A stretch of 64,000 nucleotides of DNA, taken from positions 682,001 through 746,000 of the forward strand of contig JBBPEE010000035.1 in NCBI GenBank assembly GCA_039096935.1, given 5' to 3'. Under the pieces are notes generated by a model. It was not told the DNA's origin. It did no database searches and saw only the letters and a list, made by a program, of their open reading frames with translations. The stretch comes from Blastocystis sp. ATCC 50177/Nand II. Taxonomy: Eukaryota. Below, in pieces: positions 12,031 through 25,009 of this stretch; position 1 is the first letter of the stretch, and every line of letters begins with the position of its first letter. The position numbers and the translations under genes were made by a program.

Positions 12031-15006
12031 TTATGAAGAAAAGGCATCCGACTGCGCGCTCAGCACCTCCACCATCTTCTCCTTCATGCTCTTATAATAC
12101 AGACGTCGGTGGTTCATCAGCTTCACATACGCGCTCTTGCACATCGATGCAGACACAAAACGCAAGAATAGGCGAGACCGAGTGCAGTACCGCTTGTCGG
12201 TGAGCTCCCCCACCTCCTCGCTCTTCATCGGACGATTCACGCAGAACACGCGATCCTCCATGGACTGTGCCTATTCCTCATCAACTCCACTCGCTATTAC
12301 GGTGATCTGAAGGGTCCGGTTGCTCTGCTCCACAATCACCACATCCATCACATCGTGCAGCTTCATCAACACGCGCACACACCCCACCGACAGGTTGCCG
12401 CGCGCCACCTCCACCACGCCGCACTGCGACTCCCCGAGGAACAAATAGCAGGGAACGTTGAACCACCGATTCTCGAGCCGATCCTGCACTCCCGCCAGCT
12501 CGGCAGAATTCGGCGGGAATTTCGTCGCCGCGCAGAGCATGACGTTGCAGGCGATGTACTCGAGCGAGGGGTTGAGTCGCACGTGCTCGCCCGCGGCGAC
12601 GGGTTCGGCGGGAAGGAGGGAAAAGAGGGCGGCAATGGCGGCAGAAGCGAGTTGCGGCTCGATGGGCTGAAGCGCGTGGAGGAGGGCGAGGAGCATCTAT
12701 GGGTCAAAGAAGGAACGCGAACGGACGAACACGGCACTGGTGATGGAGTGATGGAGAAGGGAAGAGAGGACGGATTCCGACGTGGACTGGACGACGTACA
12801 CGCCCATGCCCTCGACGTCCTCGCTGCGAGAAGAGTTCACCACGGCGGAATCCGGACGTGTGACGAAAACGTCGATGATTTCCATCTGGGGGTTGAGTTG
12901 GAAGGGGTCACGTTGGAATTTGCTCTTGGGCGGGAGAGAGTCGGTGGCGAAGAATGACCGGTACTTGCGAAGAATGACAAGGAAGGAGGCGACAAGTGCG
13001 AGGTTGACGGCAAAGAGGTCTTTCTGTGCGGCAAGGAAGGCGTGGAGAGAGGAGAAGCGTTGCGAGAGGCTGGTTTGGAGAAGAGAGGAGAGTGTGTCGG
13101 TGGAGAGGAGGTGAAAGTGATGGAGCGTTTGGAGGCAGTGGAGGCAGAGCAGGAGCGAGTGACAGGAGCAAGCCGAGAGGATACGAGCGATCTCGATGAC
13201 GATGTCGTGGGTAAGGGCGCTGGCGCTGGCGTGAAGGGCAGAGGCGTCTTCTCCATGCGTCTTGACGAGGGCGTCTTCTCCATGCGTCTTGACGAGTGCG
13301 TCTTCTCCATGCGTCTTAACGAGGGCGTCTTCTCCATGCGTCTTGACGAGTGCGTCTTCTCCATGTGTCTTGACGAGTGCGTCTTCTCCATGCGTCTTGA
13401 CGAGTGTATCGAAGCAGTGCAGGAGCTGGCACTGCGTGTTGACCTAGGGCTGAAGGGCGCGGTGGGCGGTCACGTCGCTCAGCTTCTGCAGCAGGACGAA
13501 GAAGAGACTGTCGTGCCAGTCGGCGCAGCGTGGGTCGCGGGAAGGCAGCGGTTGGGACGTCAACGCCTCCTCGATCTTCATCACGTCCTGCGTGTTGTGG
13601 ATCTTGTGGGCCTGCGAGTTGACCACCTGCCACGAGCCACTCTTGCACTGCGCATCACGCACGGCATCTCGTCCCGCGGGAGAAGCCTCCATTCCCACCA
13701 TGACGGTTGTGCTGGGTGTTGGTGTGGTTGGCAATGCCGAGGGTGCGGAAGAGGGAGAGGGAGGAAGAGGGGTGTGGAGAAGGAAGGACTCTATGGAGTG
13801 GGAAATGGGAGAGTGTGTGTGAAGGAGGGCAAAACAGAGGAAGAGGATATCGATGGGAAGATCTCGAGAAGCATGGAGAGGACGAAGAGGGCGGTTTGGT
13901 GCGTGATGGAAAGCTACCATCGAGGAAGAGAAAGAACAGTACGGAGGCGGTCTGCGCATCCAGAATGGACATTACCGCGGGAAAGCAGGTATGCTCGAGA
14001 ACGCTGCGGAGAATGGTGTTTTCAATGCTGGCGGTGACGCAGTCCAACTGGCACTGAAGGAGGTCGTGGAGAATGTAGAATTCGTCGCAGATGTTCTGCG
14101 CCAGGGAATACGCGTCGTCGTAGTTGCTATCCGTGAAGCCATAGCGGATGCACCACTTGTTCTGGCACTGCTCGTTCATGGCGACGATCAGGGAAATGAC
14201 GTAGTACACCAGCTGGCGGAAGTACCGTTGTGGCTCGGGCTGACTCATGTAGTTGATGCAGTGCTCGTCCTTCACTAGCGCTCAACCAAGGAGCCGGATC
14301 CCACCTCGGAGGCAGTTGAAGGTGATGGTTCTCACGGCGATGCGCACCATGCCCTCTGGATGGTCGAAGAACTTGGCGCAGATCGAGAATAGTGGGAAGG
14401 GGTTGCTCTTGTTTTTCTAGGGGAAGAGGGAGGGAAGATCAATACCTCGTTGTGGAAGAAGCGAATCGTTCTCTCGTTGATCGTCAGGGACAGCATCTTC
14501 ATGAACGAGATGTACTGGGAGACGATATCCTCGTCGCCAAAGTCCAGGGGTGCTGTGATGATCGAGTTGATGTGGTTGTTCGAGAGGATGAAGACTACAG
14601 CATCAGTCGGAAGGGGCAGCGCCACAAAGAGCCTTCTCATCGCGGATGTTCTGCACGAGGATGCTGATCGTTTGGATGACCTGCACCTTCGTCGCGTTCG
14701 ATCGCTTCTGGTAAATGATCGAAATGATATCGCCCAGGAGCTTCTCCTCCAGGAAGAAGCTACGCGTCATCCCCGCCGCTCAGCTGCACTCGAAATACTC
14801 GTCGCTGACCCGCTCGCCGTGAACAAGGATTTCCGCAAACCGTTTCAAAATGGATGTCAGCTCCTTGTCCACCCGCTTCCCCGATTTCTTGAGCAGCTTC
14901 TGCAAGCGCAGGCCGAGCTTTCTACGGGCTCAGGAGCGAATCGAGGCCGATACTCGAGAGTGGCCAGCGACAGCTCGCTGTCCTCCGTCCTGTTTCTGTG
15001 AAACAT
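12031..15006 (-). CDS. CLEC16A: CLEC16A/TT9 (FPL-domain) endolysosomal protein
   Basis: FFLEEKLL..KVQVIQTISILVQNIRDE; FILSNNHINSIITAPLDFGDEDIVSQYISFMKMLSL. Confidence 0.8.
13245..13407. repeat. 27-bp coding minisatellite (~6 copies) within the CLEC16A-like gene
   Basis: GCGTCTTCTCCATGCGTCTTGACGAGT/G units. Confidence 0.9.
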
Positions 15007-15076
15007 GATTTGGCAGAAGAAGGGCGGAACCAATACAAATCTCTGAACAAACAGCGCAGAGCAAACAAGGGCGCCA

Positions 15077-17032
15077 CTAGATGAGGGTGAACACGTAGCC
15101 GAACTGCTCGTTCACGATCTTGTGTACGGTCCCTACGCATCATCGCTCGTCCTCTCCCTCACGAATAAAGTCCTCCATCGACGCCTTCGCACTCGTCGAC
15201 AGCAGCACGAACAGAATATGGCCGTTCTGCTTGCATCCATACACCCAGTCCACATCGCTCACCTTCTCCGCGCTCTCCACAAATCCCGTCGCGCTACGAC
15301 TCACCTGCCCCCACAGCCCCCACTCCTTCAACTTCTCGTACACCGCATTCATGGGGACCACATTGCACGTGGGCAGCGCCATTACCATTGCCGCAGGTGT
15401 CATCGGCATCATCAGATGCGCCGTTCTCTGAGTCTCACACGCTTGCACAAGCCCTTACCACCTCCGAGTTCAGGTTCAGGTTCGTCGTCAGCGCGCGCGT
15501 CACCTCGTTGTAGCAGAAGAACAGCAGGTCCCTGCGCGACCCGCCCAGACTATGTCTCACCTCTCTCCCTCATCCTCACTTCATCTTGCCTCTCGCACCC
15601 AGCGCCTGGCTCAGCGCGCGGCACTTCTCCCCAAACTCCTCGCGGAACGCCGACAGGAACGTCGCGAACTCCGCCGTCTCCTGTCCGAAGCCCGCCGCCA
15701 GCACCAGCACCACGCTCACGCCGCCCACCTACGCTTCAGCCCACGCGCCCGCACCCACGCGGTATCGCATCAGCCGGTAGGGCGTGCGCGCGCCCGTCTC
15801 CGCCTCCAGCTGCACGTCCGTCAGGAACTGGCTGTTCTACGCTTCACGCCGCCAGCGCGCCGCTGCCATGTCCGTCAGGAAGCCCTCCTGCGCCGCCTCG
15901 CCGCCCAGCCCGCACGTCGCTACGCCTCAGACCCCGCCGACGTCACTACTCTGGCTGACACGAAGGTAGTTCCGGAGAACCACCTGATTGCCCACACTGA
16001 GGTCGGACCACAGCTATGTCTCACAGCCTGGAGTCATGCCAACGAAGAAGTCGTTGAAGAGGAAGCAGCTGAAGCGAACCGCGGGGAACCGCACGCTGAT
16101 CTGCGACATGAGCGTGTGGATGTCGCAGCTGGTGGCGGGGTCCGTCGCGAAGGGGATGAACCCGTCGAGCGCCTAAAAATGAGGGGGCGTGGGGGCAACG
16201 ACGCAAAGGCAGTGGAGGTGTTGCCAGTTGAGAGAGGCTAGGTATCGGCGCAGCGTGGTGTTCAGACGGTCGCGCACCTCCTCCAGGGGAGAGATCGCGT
16301 CCAGCTGGCGGAGGGACTCCTGCAGCGCCGTGATGGCGTTGATGCGCTCCTCGTCGTTGCCGGGGTTCTTCATCTCGCCGTTCCGGATGCAGTCCTCCGT
16401 GTACTTCAGCTTGCGCAGCTTCAGCTTCTGGCTCACTACCTCCTTGGCAATGACAACACCATCGGCGTTCTTCTCTACGTCATCATCAGTATAACTGAAA
16501 TCTACTGTAGAGAAGAGGCTCGATGGGATCGAGGAAGGAGACATAGAGGTCATGCAAACCCTTCATCACAGTCGACACCGTATTCGCAGAAAAGGACACT
16601 CGACACTGCCGACCGTTGCGCTACGCCATCAGCACGTTCATTCGGGCAAACATCGAGGAACGCGTCCTTCTCCAGCGCAATCACGAACCATGTATCTTCT
16701 TCCCACTTACAGTAGTGATACCTACGCGTGAAGCAAACATGAAGCTGCCTGCGAGTGTTGCTGCATATTGACGGCCTGGACGACCGCACCCTCTTCAAAC
16801 GAGTTCGTGAACTCAATCAGCGCCTCCACAATGTTCGCGTCGCGAACCTGCTCGGACAGCGAGGTGTCGCTGGGGATGTAGTACAATATCTTATCACTCA
16901 GGTCTTCATCCTTCGCGTTTTCGTCGCTTAAGCCTATGCGTTGGCAGAAGGGAGGCAAAACCCACTAAGTTGTCTGTTGATAATGAAACAGCTCTTCACA
17001 CCCGGCGGAAGGAAAGTGGATTGGTTATTCAT
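15077..17032 (-). CDS. CCZ1: Vacuolar fusion protein CCZ1 homolog (longin)
   Basis: DKILYYIPSDTSLSEQVRDANIVEALIEFTNSF resembles the Ccz1 first longin domain. Confidence 0.7.
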
Positions 17033-17747
17033 TCCAAATGCGCCGTAATCGCGGTCCAACAACTCCTATTTGTGTTTTTCCTGTTGAGCAACGATGGCAT
17101 GCAATTTGGGGGGAAATGGGGGTGTGTTGTTCATCGTTTCTGTTGCAGGGAAGGAGTGTTTGGGGGTGAAAATGGGGTTTCTTGAAGGAGTTCATTCCAT
17201 AGAGCAGTGTAGCTGCATCATCGATGATTCAACACTTTTACGTCAAGTGCTTCTTATAGCATGTAGAACAGTCTGAAGAATGCGTACCGCAGAGAAAACA
17301 ACCGAAAACAGGGTTCCCATCACTTGTCCCTAGAAGGAGTTGTACTCTGTAGACCTCCGCATTGACACCATAATAACAATCTCCTCATAGGAAATGGAGT
17401 AACGGGAAGCCATGGGGTACGAATTGTCGTGAGGAGCTCCCAAACGCATCACGCCCCCTTCTCGGTCTCCGTCGCCAAATACCAACCCAAGTCCTCTTTT
17501 CGTTGAAAGAGGCATGACAGAAGACGAGGCCATTTTCGTCTCTGTGCAAGCCCGAAACGGCTTCCATTCGTGGAGTGAGACACAAACCAGTCGATTTCTG
17601 CCATCCGCGCTTTTCAACTTTTCGCATTTTTCTTTTGCGGCGTTTTCAGTTGCTCTCGTTTTTCCTTTCTTAGGGTGCTTCTCTCTTTTGTGTTTCATTT
17701 TCTGTTGCTGTAATGAATCAGATTCACTCACAAGCCGCTATTTTATC

Positions 17748-18821
17748 ATGAAACAGGCAGTACTCGATGTCGATGGTATCATCGACGCACTCCTGAAGGT
17801 GCAATATATGGAGCCCAACACTGAAGTGGATCTTCCAGAAGAGCAGATTATGCTTCTCATCGAAGCAGCGCAACAAATATTCGCCACCCAGCCCGTGCTG
17901 CTGGATTTACAAACGCCGATAAAGATCTGCGGTTCGCTCCTCCCGTTGCGCTTCATTTGTAGGCGATGTGCACGGTCAGTTCTTCGACTTGCTACGGCTC
18001 TTCACAATGAACGGTTTTCCCCCCGAGTGCGATTATCTCTTCTTGGGGTTGCTTTCCGGTTTTTATTTTCACGCGTAGAGACTACGTGGACCGGGGAAAG
18101 AACAGCATCGAAGTGCTGTGCCTCCTCTTCGCCTACAAAGTGAAATACCCCGACCGCATCTTCCTGTTGCGCGGAAACCACGAGTCCGACGCCATGAACC
18201 AGCTCTACGGCTTCTGCGACGAGTGCGTCCGCCGATATAGTCCTCTTCTCTATCTCCGATTTGAGGAGTGCTTCAAATACCTCCCGCTGAGCGCACTGGT
18301 GGGAAGAAGGATCTTGTGCATGCACGGCGGCCTCTCCCCCGAGATTACCTCCCTCGACGACATTGCTTCCATCGAGCGGCCGTGCGAGATCCCCGACGAG
18401 GGTAGGTGTGTCTGCTCGCAGGAACACGTAGGTCTGGTGTGCGATCTGCTGTGGGCCGATCCCAAGCGCGACCAGGAGGAGAGTTGGTGTCCGAACGAGC
18501 GCGGCATCAGCTACACGTTCAACGAGGACGTGGTGGCCGACTTCCTGGACAAGTTCAATCTCGATCTGATCTGCCGCGCCCATCAGGTGGTGGAGAACGG
18601 CTACGAGTTCTTCGCGGACGTGCAGTTGATCACGCTGTGCTCGGCACCCAACTACGCGGGCGAGCTGGACAATGCCGGCGCGGTGATGATCGTGGACAGT
18701 GATTTAGCGTGCTCGATTGCGGTGCTTCGGCCAAGGGAGACGGAGAGGAAGTACCTCGTCGGCGACGCATTCTTTGAGGACGACTCGGACCCGGACTTCA
18801 TGGATGAGGACGAGTACTCTT
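17748..18821 (+). CDS. PPP-family Ser/Thr protein phosphatase, PP1-like; stop probably created by polyadenylation
   Basis: [39 protein letters not shown]. Confidence 0.9.
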
Positions 18822-18832
18822 GGCGTGTTTGT

Positions 18833-21800
18833 TCAGGAAACAGGCGAGAACGAGAGGATGTGCGCCTCCGTGTTGAAGACCTGATGGGTCAGATCCACGA
18901 TCTGCTCGTCCTTCAGCAGCAAGTACAAGTACTTCAGCGTCTCCGCAAACAAAAAGCTCTCTGTGGCGTCCTCCACCATCCCCCGCTTCGTCGCGTCCTT
19001 CAAGTGCCCGAACCCGTACCTCGCCCGCGTCTCTCGCTCCACCGCCTCCCACGCCTTCCACCCCCACTCTCTGCCCGTCATCTCCCCTTTCTTGGCTTAC
19101 CGATAAAGCGGGTCGCCGGTGATCTGGTTCAGGTAGAACAGCGACTCGATCGCCTCGGGACGGAAGATGTAATACCGGCCCGAGAACGACGCGCGCGTCC
19201 CGTTCTCCGTTACCAAGTTCAGCTCGCTCGCCACGCCCGTGGGGCTGTCGAAGTAGAACCGCATGCACGTGTACGTCAGTGCCTTGGCCGTCGACAGATC
19301 ACGCTCGCGCTGCGCGGGGTTCACGTCGTGCAGCACGCCCAGCGCCAGCATGCCGCCCACGAAACACTCCAACAATCCCATCTCGTGCGGGTTCTTCGTC
19401 GTGCCGAGATGCACCAGACCCTCCTTACTGGTGCGCACCAGATTCTTCATCATCCCGTCCATCGCCCGGATGTACATGCGTTGCAGCCTCTGCCGTCACC
19501 TTATCCACTCACACTCACCTTGTCCTTCTTCCCGCCCGCGATCCACGCCTTCAGCAGGTACTCGTAGTAACTGTCCGCCATTGCGCCCATCGTGTACTCA
19601 TCACCGCCAACCCCGCCCGTCCGCACGTCCAGGTAGGTGGGCAGCAGCCCGTCGCGCGTCGCCGCCTTCTCCAGCGACTTGTAGATGCGCTCCGCCACCC
19701 GCCGGTACTTGGGCCGCCACGTCGCTTTTGACAAGTACCTGATTCTCACACACACCCCAAAAATGCCTGCATAAACTCCACGCTGAGAGAACCCACCTCC
19801 GAGAGAATCGCCTTGCCGTGTGTCCAGGAGACAATCGAGGCCTCTCCGGTACGCGGGTTGAGCACCGACTGCGCGTCAGAGAGAGCGAGCATTCGAAACC
19901 TTGGGGTACCCACTGTCGGTGTCGAAGGCGGGAGCAAGCAGGTCGGCCAGCTCCCGCGCCTTCCTGAGGAACACGCGGTCGCCGGAGGCGTCGTACAGAG
20001 CGAGCAGTCCGCCCACCAGCCGGATGATGCTCTCGAACACGGAAATCTCGCGGTCCACGCGGAAGTCCATCTTCTCGATCTGCGCGTCACACGCTCTCCC
20101 CACACCCACCGTCGCCTTCGCCGCCTCCACCTCCTTCCTGAAGCCCATCACCCATGCCGTGTCCAGTCCGTCGATCAGCGTCAGGCCCACGCCGCCCCAC
20201 GTGTCTTTCCACCCGCCGCTCACCGGCCTCACCTCGTCGTGGCCCCACGCGAAGTGCTTGTAGCTAGTCCTCACGCCCGCCACACGCCACCACTTCCACC
20301 ACGCGAACTCGAAACAGTCCCGTACGTGCCGCGCGCGATGCTCGCTCAGCAGCGCGTACTCGTTCACCAGCCGTCCCGGCACGGTGAACCACGCCTGTCC
20401 GCTGCGCACCGCCGCGTCGTCCTTCGCCAGCAGCGCCTCCACAAACGCCTTCAGCGCGCCCTGCGGCGCCGGAGCTGCCTCCACCGACCGGTTCTGGACC
20501 AGGTGGTCGGTCCACGGAGCGAGCGGCGGAAGGGCGGCACTGCCGAAGTCGGTGAAGGCTGTGGAGTGCTGCTTGAACACACGCTTCGCCCTGTAGGTCT
20601 CGGTCAGATGCGCCATCTACGGCATGACGGAAATCGTGGCGATTTTCACCATCTCGGGAACGTTGCGGACTTCCATGCTCAGTTCTTCTTCTCGTTTCCT
20701 CGCCACGGAATCCACCAACTCCGTAGCCAGCGTCAGGGCGGCGAAGGCGCTCACGGACTGAACCACGGCGCGCCGGCCCTGGCAGAGGCCCTCGACCTCC
20801 TCCGCGGTGAGAGCGGTCGTGACGATCTGTCCGTCAGGGGAGGCGGGAAAAACGACCATGAGGTAGAATAGACGACCGGAGAAGGGGTGGAGTCCGGAGG
20901 GCGTGGAGCCGACGAAGTAGGTGTGATCGTAGGAGAAGAAGCGGTTGGAGGTGGCGGTGGCCGAGAGAGCGCCGTTGACGAAGCAGGTGATCTTCGTGGG
21001 AGAGAGGTACTCGTCTATCCTGAAGTGGGAGCGATGCGATTACCGGAGTCGTCGAATTCGCTCTGTCCGTGCGTGTCCACTTGTTTGAACACGACTGCGA
21101 AGTGCGTCCATGCGTTCTCCGGAAGGGAGGGAGTGAGCGTCACCGATTCGCACTGTCGGTTCCTCGACCGCCAAAGCACCACCAGCTGTCTAACAGTCAT
21201 GAAGAAGAGCAGAACGCACTGCTTGTCGTGGTCGATATAGATGGAAACGCCGACATTCTGCCTGCCGAGGGTGCAGTCGATTTCGCGATTGCCCACGATG
21301 ACGGAAATCCCAGTGCTGCCAGGATCCACGCGGAACCAGAAGGCGATCTGCCTGTCAACCACGCATCCAAGTGGGAACCGAAAGCGAAGGCCGGTCCAGG
21401 GAGAGTGCCGTGTTGTACGGATCCCTTCCGTTCACGTGGATTCCCGAAAACGGACTGTTTGTGAGAAATGGGAGTGACGCCTACCCGGGCACAAAAGCAT
21501 TGTTGCTTGAAGAAGACGATAAACTATGTGAACCCACTGACAGAGAATAGCTAGCGGTGAGGGAAAACGCGAATCGTCACGATTTCCCGGCCATCGAGGG
21601 AATCAACGCGGCTTCTCGCACCCTCGGTAAGATTGCCGTTATCAGGACGATCACGAACACAATCAGGAGTACAAAGGAGTACTTCAGGAGGCGAACCAGT
21701 GCTATTCCTTATTGAAGAGAACCAATCTCGACTAAACGGTCGTCTTCCTTTCGTCTGTACTCCCATCCGGTTTTGATAATGAACCCCCCTTCGCGTGCAA

Positions 21801-21873
21801 CATGCTCACTTTTCTGTTTACACCGTGTATAATGCAAATCACCTATTGATGTCCTTGTTTGAGGAGACAGCAT
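18833..21873 (-). CDS. Class I alpha-1,2-mannosidase (GH47) with N-terminal LamG/concanavalin-like domain (5' end uncertain)
   Basis: [74 protein letters not shown]. Confidence 0.85.
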
Positions 21874-22055
21874 GATGATCGTGTTCCGGCTCCTAATGCC
21901 TCGTGTAACGACTACGCAATATCCGTACGGGCGGATCGAAATCCGTGTGGGTTCTAGAAGTGCGGAGAAGAGCAGGGGGAATTGGGACGGACCCAATTAT
22001 GAATCCGTTCAAGAAGCGAGGCAAACACCACTATTCTCTATCCATTGGAGCAGCA

Positions 22056-23046
22056 ATGTCGTCGACTGGAACGAAAGCGATGAATGCCATTCGCACCATT
22101 GGCATGATTGCCTACATCAACTTTATCTGTTTTGTGTTCGCCTTTCCCGCGGCCGTGTGACTGCTAGTTTTGCCTTCGAGGGCCTGCTGAAGGGCAAGGG
22201 TTCTGCGTTCAGAATCTTCAAGCACGTACGGCTTTCGTGTGCGCTTCGATGCCGTAGGTCGCCGGCCTGTTCAAGCCTCGCCTCTACGTGGTGAAGCAGT
22301 CGAAGCCCCTGAACCCCGGAAGAACGATGTTTTTCGCGAATCACCGCTCCTGGGCCGACTTCTTCATGGACGGAATGATCACCGGCGGATCCAGCTACCT
22401 CTCCCGATACGGCGTGATTGCGGGTGTTCCGGGACCCTGCCTCGACGGCTACGTGTTCAGCTTCGTGTGGTTCTTCCACCGCAAGCGAGGCATCGACCGC
22501 AACTGGTTCACGCGCTTCTTCGAGAAGAAGTGGGAGAAGAGGTGGGATTGAGGCGCGGCGCTGACGTGCAGACCCAACAACGGCTGCGTCGTGTACCCCG
22601 AGGGCCACCGCTACAAGGAGAAGGGCTACCTGCCTCTGAAGACGGGCGTCATGGAGGCGGCGTACAACATGCACATTCCGTGCCAGGCGGTGATCACGCT
22701 CGGAAAGGAGGACCTGATCGACGAGATCAACCTGAAGATGAACCTGAACCAGCAGCTGATCACCTGCGTGTCGGATGTCATGAACCCCAACGACTTCAAG
22801 ACGAAGGAGGAGTGGTTCGAGTACGTGAAGAAGGTCTGGGACGAGACGTACAAGATCTGCGAGAAGAAGGAGGGATTGAAGGAATACCACGATGCCCTGC
22901 CCGGTCGGTCTTGTCGCTTCCCCTAACGCGTAGGTGTCAGTGAGGAGAGCTGCGGAGACGAGGCCATCCAGCCCGCGCACGCCGCCTGGACGTGGGGAGT
23001 CACCGTGGCGCTGATTTCCATTTGCTATGCTCTGTACCGCTTTTAG
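22056..23046 (+). CDS. PlsC-type lysophospholipid acyltransferase
   Basis: NHRSWAD (HxxxxD) and YPEGHR motifs. Confidence 0.8.
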
Positions 23047-23084
23047 ATGGTGTGTTTGTTAAACAGCCCACTCGCGATAAAAGA

Positions 23085-24709
23085 TTACCACACAAAACTA
23101 TCGGCGGCAGGCTGAGCGTAATTCTGCTGCATTGCGGGAGTCTGCTGGGTGTAGCCATAACCACCGTACGCCTGCTGCATGGGTTGCTGCGCCTGCATGG
23201 GTTGCTGCGCCTGCATGGGTTGCTGCGCCTGCATGGGCTGCATGGCAGGGGACTGCTGGGGCTGCTGCGCCTGCATTGCTGGAGATTGCTGGGGCTGCAT
23301 GGCGGGCGATTGCTGAGGATAGCCATAGCCATAGCCACCGTACGCCTGCTGCTGCATGGGCTGCTGAGCCTGCATGGGCTGCTGAGCCTGCATCGCCGGG
23401 GACTGCTGCGGCTGCATGGCAGGCGACTGCTGCGGGTAGCCGTAGCCATAACCGCCATACGCCTGCTGTTGCTGCTGGGGCTGCTGAGGATAGCCGTAGC
23501 CGTAGCCGCCGTACGCCTGCTGCTGCTGCTCCTGCGCCAGGTTCTGCAGCGCACCGAAGCCGTCATCCGCTTGCATGGGCTGCTGCATGGGCTGCTGCAT
23601 GGGCTGCACGGTGGTCTCGGCGTTGAAGTCCAGACCAATCTCGCTCATGATGCTGTGCTTCTTCGGCGGCTCTCTCACCTCCTCCGCTTCCTCCGCCGGG
23701 GCCTTCGCGCCCCTCATCGGCTTCTTCGCAGGAGCCTTCGCACCCTTCTTCACCGGCTTGCGACGCGGCTCCTCCTCCTCCTCGTCCGACACGACGGGGC
23801 GGCGGCCCTTCTTCTTCGGGGTGAAGTCATAATCGTCATCGTCCGACACCTGGGGGCGGCGGCCCTTCGGCTTTCTGGGCACGAAGTCGTCGTCGTCGGA
23901 GACCTGAGGACGACGGCCCTTCTTCTTGGGAGCGAAATCGTCATCATCATCAGACACCACGGGGCGACGACCCTTCGGCTTTCTCGGAGCAAAGTCGTCG
24001 TCATCGTCAGACACCTGGGGACGACGGCCCTTCTTCTTGGGAGCGAAATCGTCATCATCGTCGGAGACCTGAGGACGACGGCCCTTGGGTCTTCTGGGGG
24101 CGAAATCGTCATCGTCATCATCGGAAACCTGAGGACGGCGAGCCTTCGACTTTCTGGGGGCGAAATCGTCATCATCGTCAGACACCTGAGGACGGCGGCT
24201 CTTCTTCTTGGGAGCGTCGTCGTCATCGTCGTTATCGCCCATCCAACTAGGAATAATATGGGTTGATCACACGCACATTTTATCTACAAAGCACTTCTGG
24301 ATAAACTGGCGGCAGCGAGAAGAATCGCCAGGAGTGGGCATGGGGAACTTCTTGGGGTTGTAGGACTTCAGGTACTTCTTGGCGGCTTTCTACGGGTGAC
24401 GCCCGCGCAGCGCCCCCACCTTATTGCCTCCGGTGAGCACCTTGTCCACCTCTTCCTTGGTCCACTTGCCGAGAGAAACGTGCTTTACGTAGTGATCGAA
24501 TTCACGACTATGGATGACACCGCGCCACGCAACACGCACTGAATGCCACTACACGAGGTACAAACTATAGTAAGGAAATCCATTACAAAATACTGCGGAC
24601 CCTACGCGTGACCATCAGCAGATACACCCACGTTCTGACCGCACACGAAGCACTTCTTATTATCTCCCTTCTTCAGGAAGTCTCTTAAGATCTGCTCATT
24701 TCTTGACAT
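23085..24709 (-). CDS. ArfGAP-domain protein (AGFG-like) with acidic/basic and Gln-rich repeats
   Basis: NKKCFVC..GPQY..VCTSCSGIHREF..VKHVSLGKWTKEEV..GGN. Confidence 0.85.
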
Positions 24710-25009
24710 CTAGAAAACCGTTAGCATTTCAAATCCTCCAGCAAGACACCCATTCCCAGTCACCGAGACGTACGATAGTACACGAACCTAGACAACAATT
24801 AGTGAAGAAAAAACTAAGATCCTTCGCAGTGATCACTGGAGCATCGTGATTATGAAATAGCCCGCTCACTGCACGCTTTTCAAGAACAAGAGAGAATCCT
24901 TCTGGAAGTCGCTCCACCGCCTTCATAATCCATCCCATCCGCCAGAGGATTGCGCGAGAGGGGTCCTCTTCCAGTTGGCGCTTTCTGGAAACAAACAAGT
25001 TCATGAAAC

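Noticed and set aside
18822..19567. C-terminal extension of PP1 (493-aa ORF)
   Set aside because: It is the antisense of the mannosidase; better explained by a poly(A)-created stop at 18821
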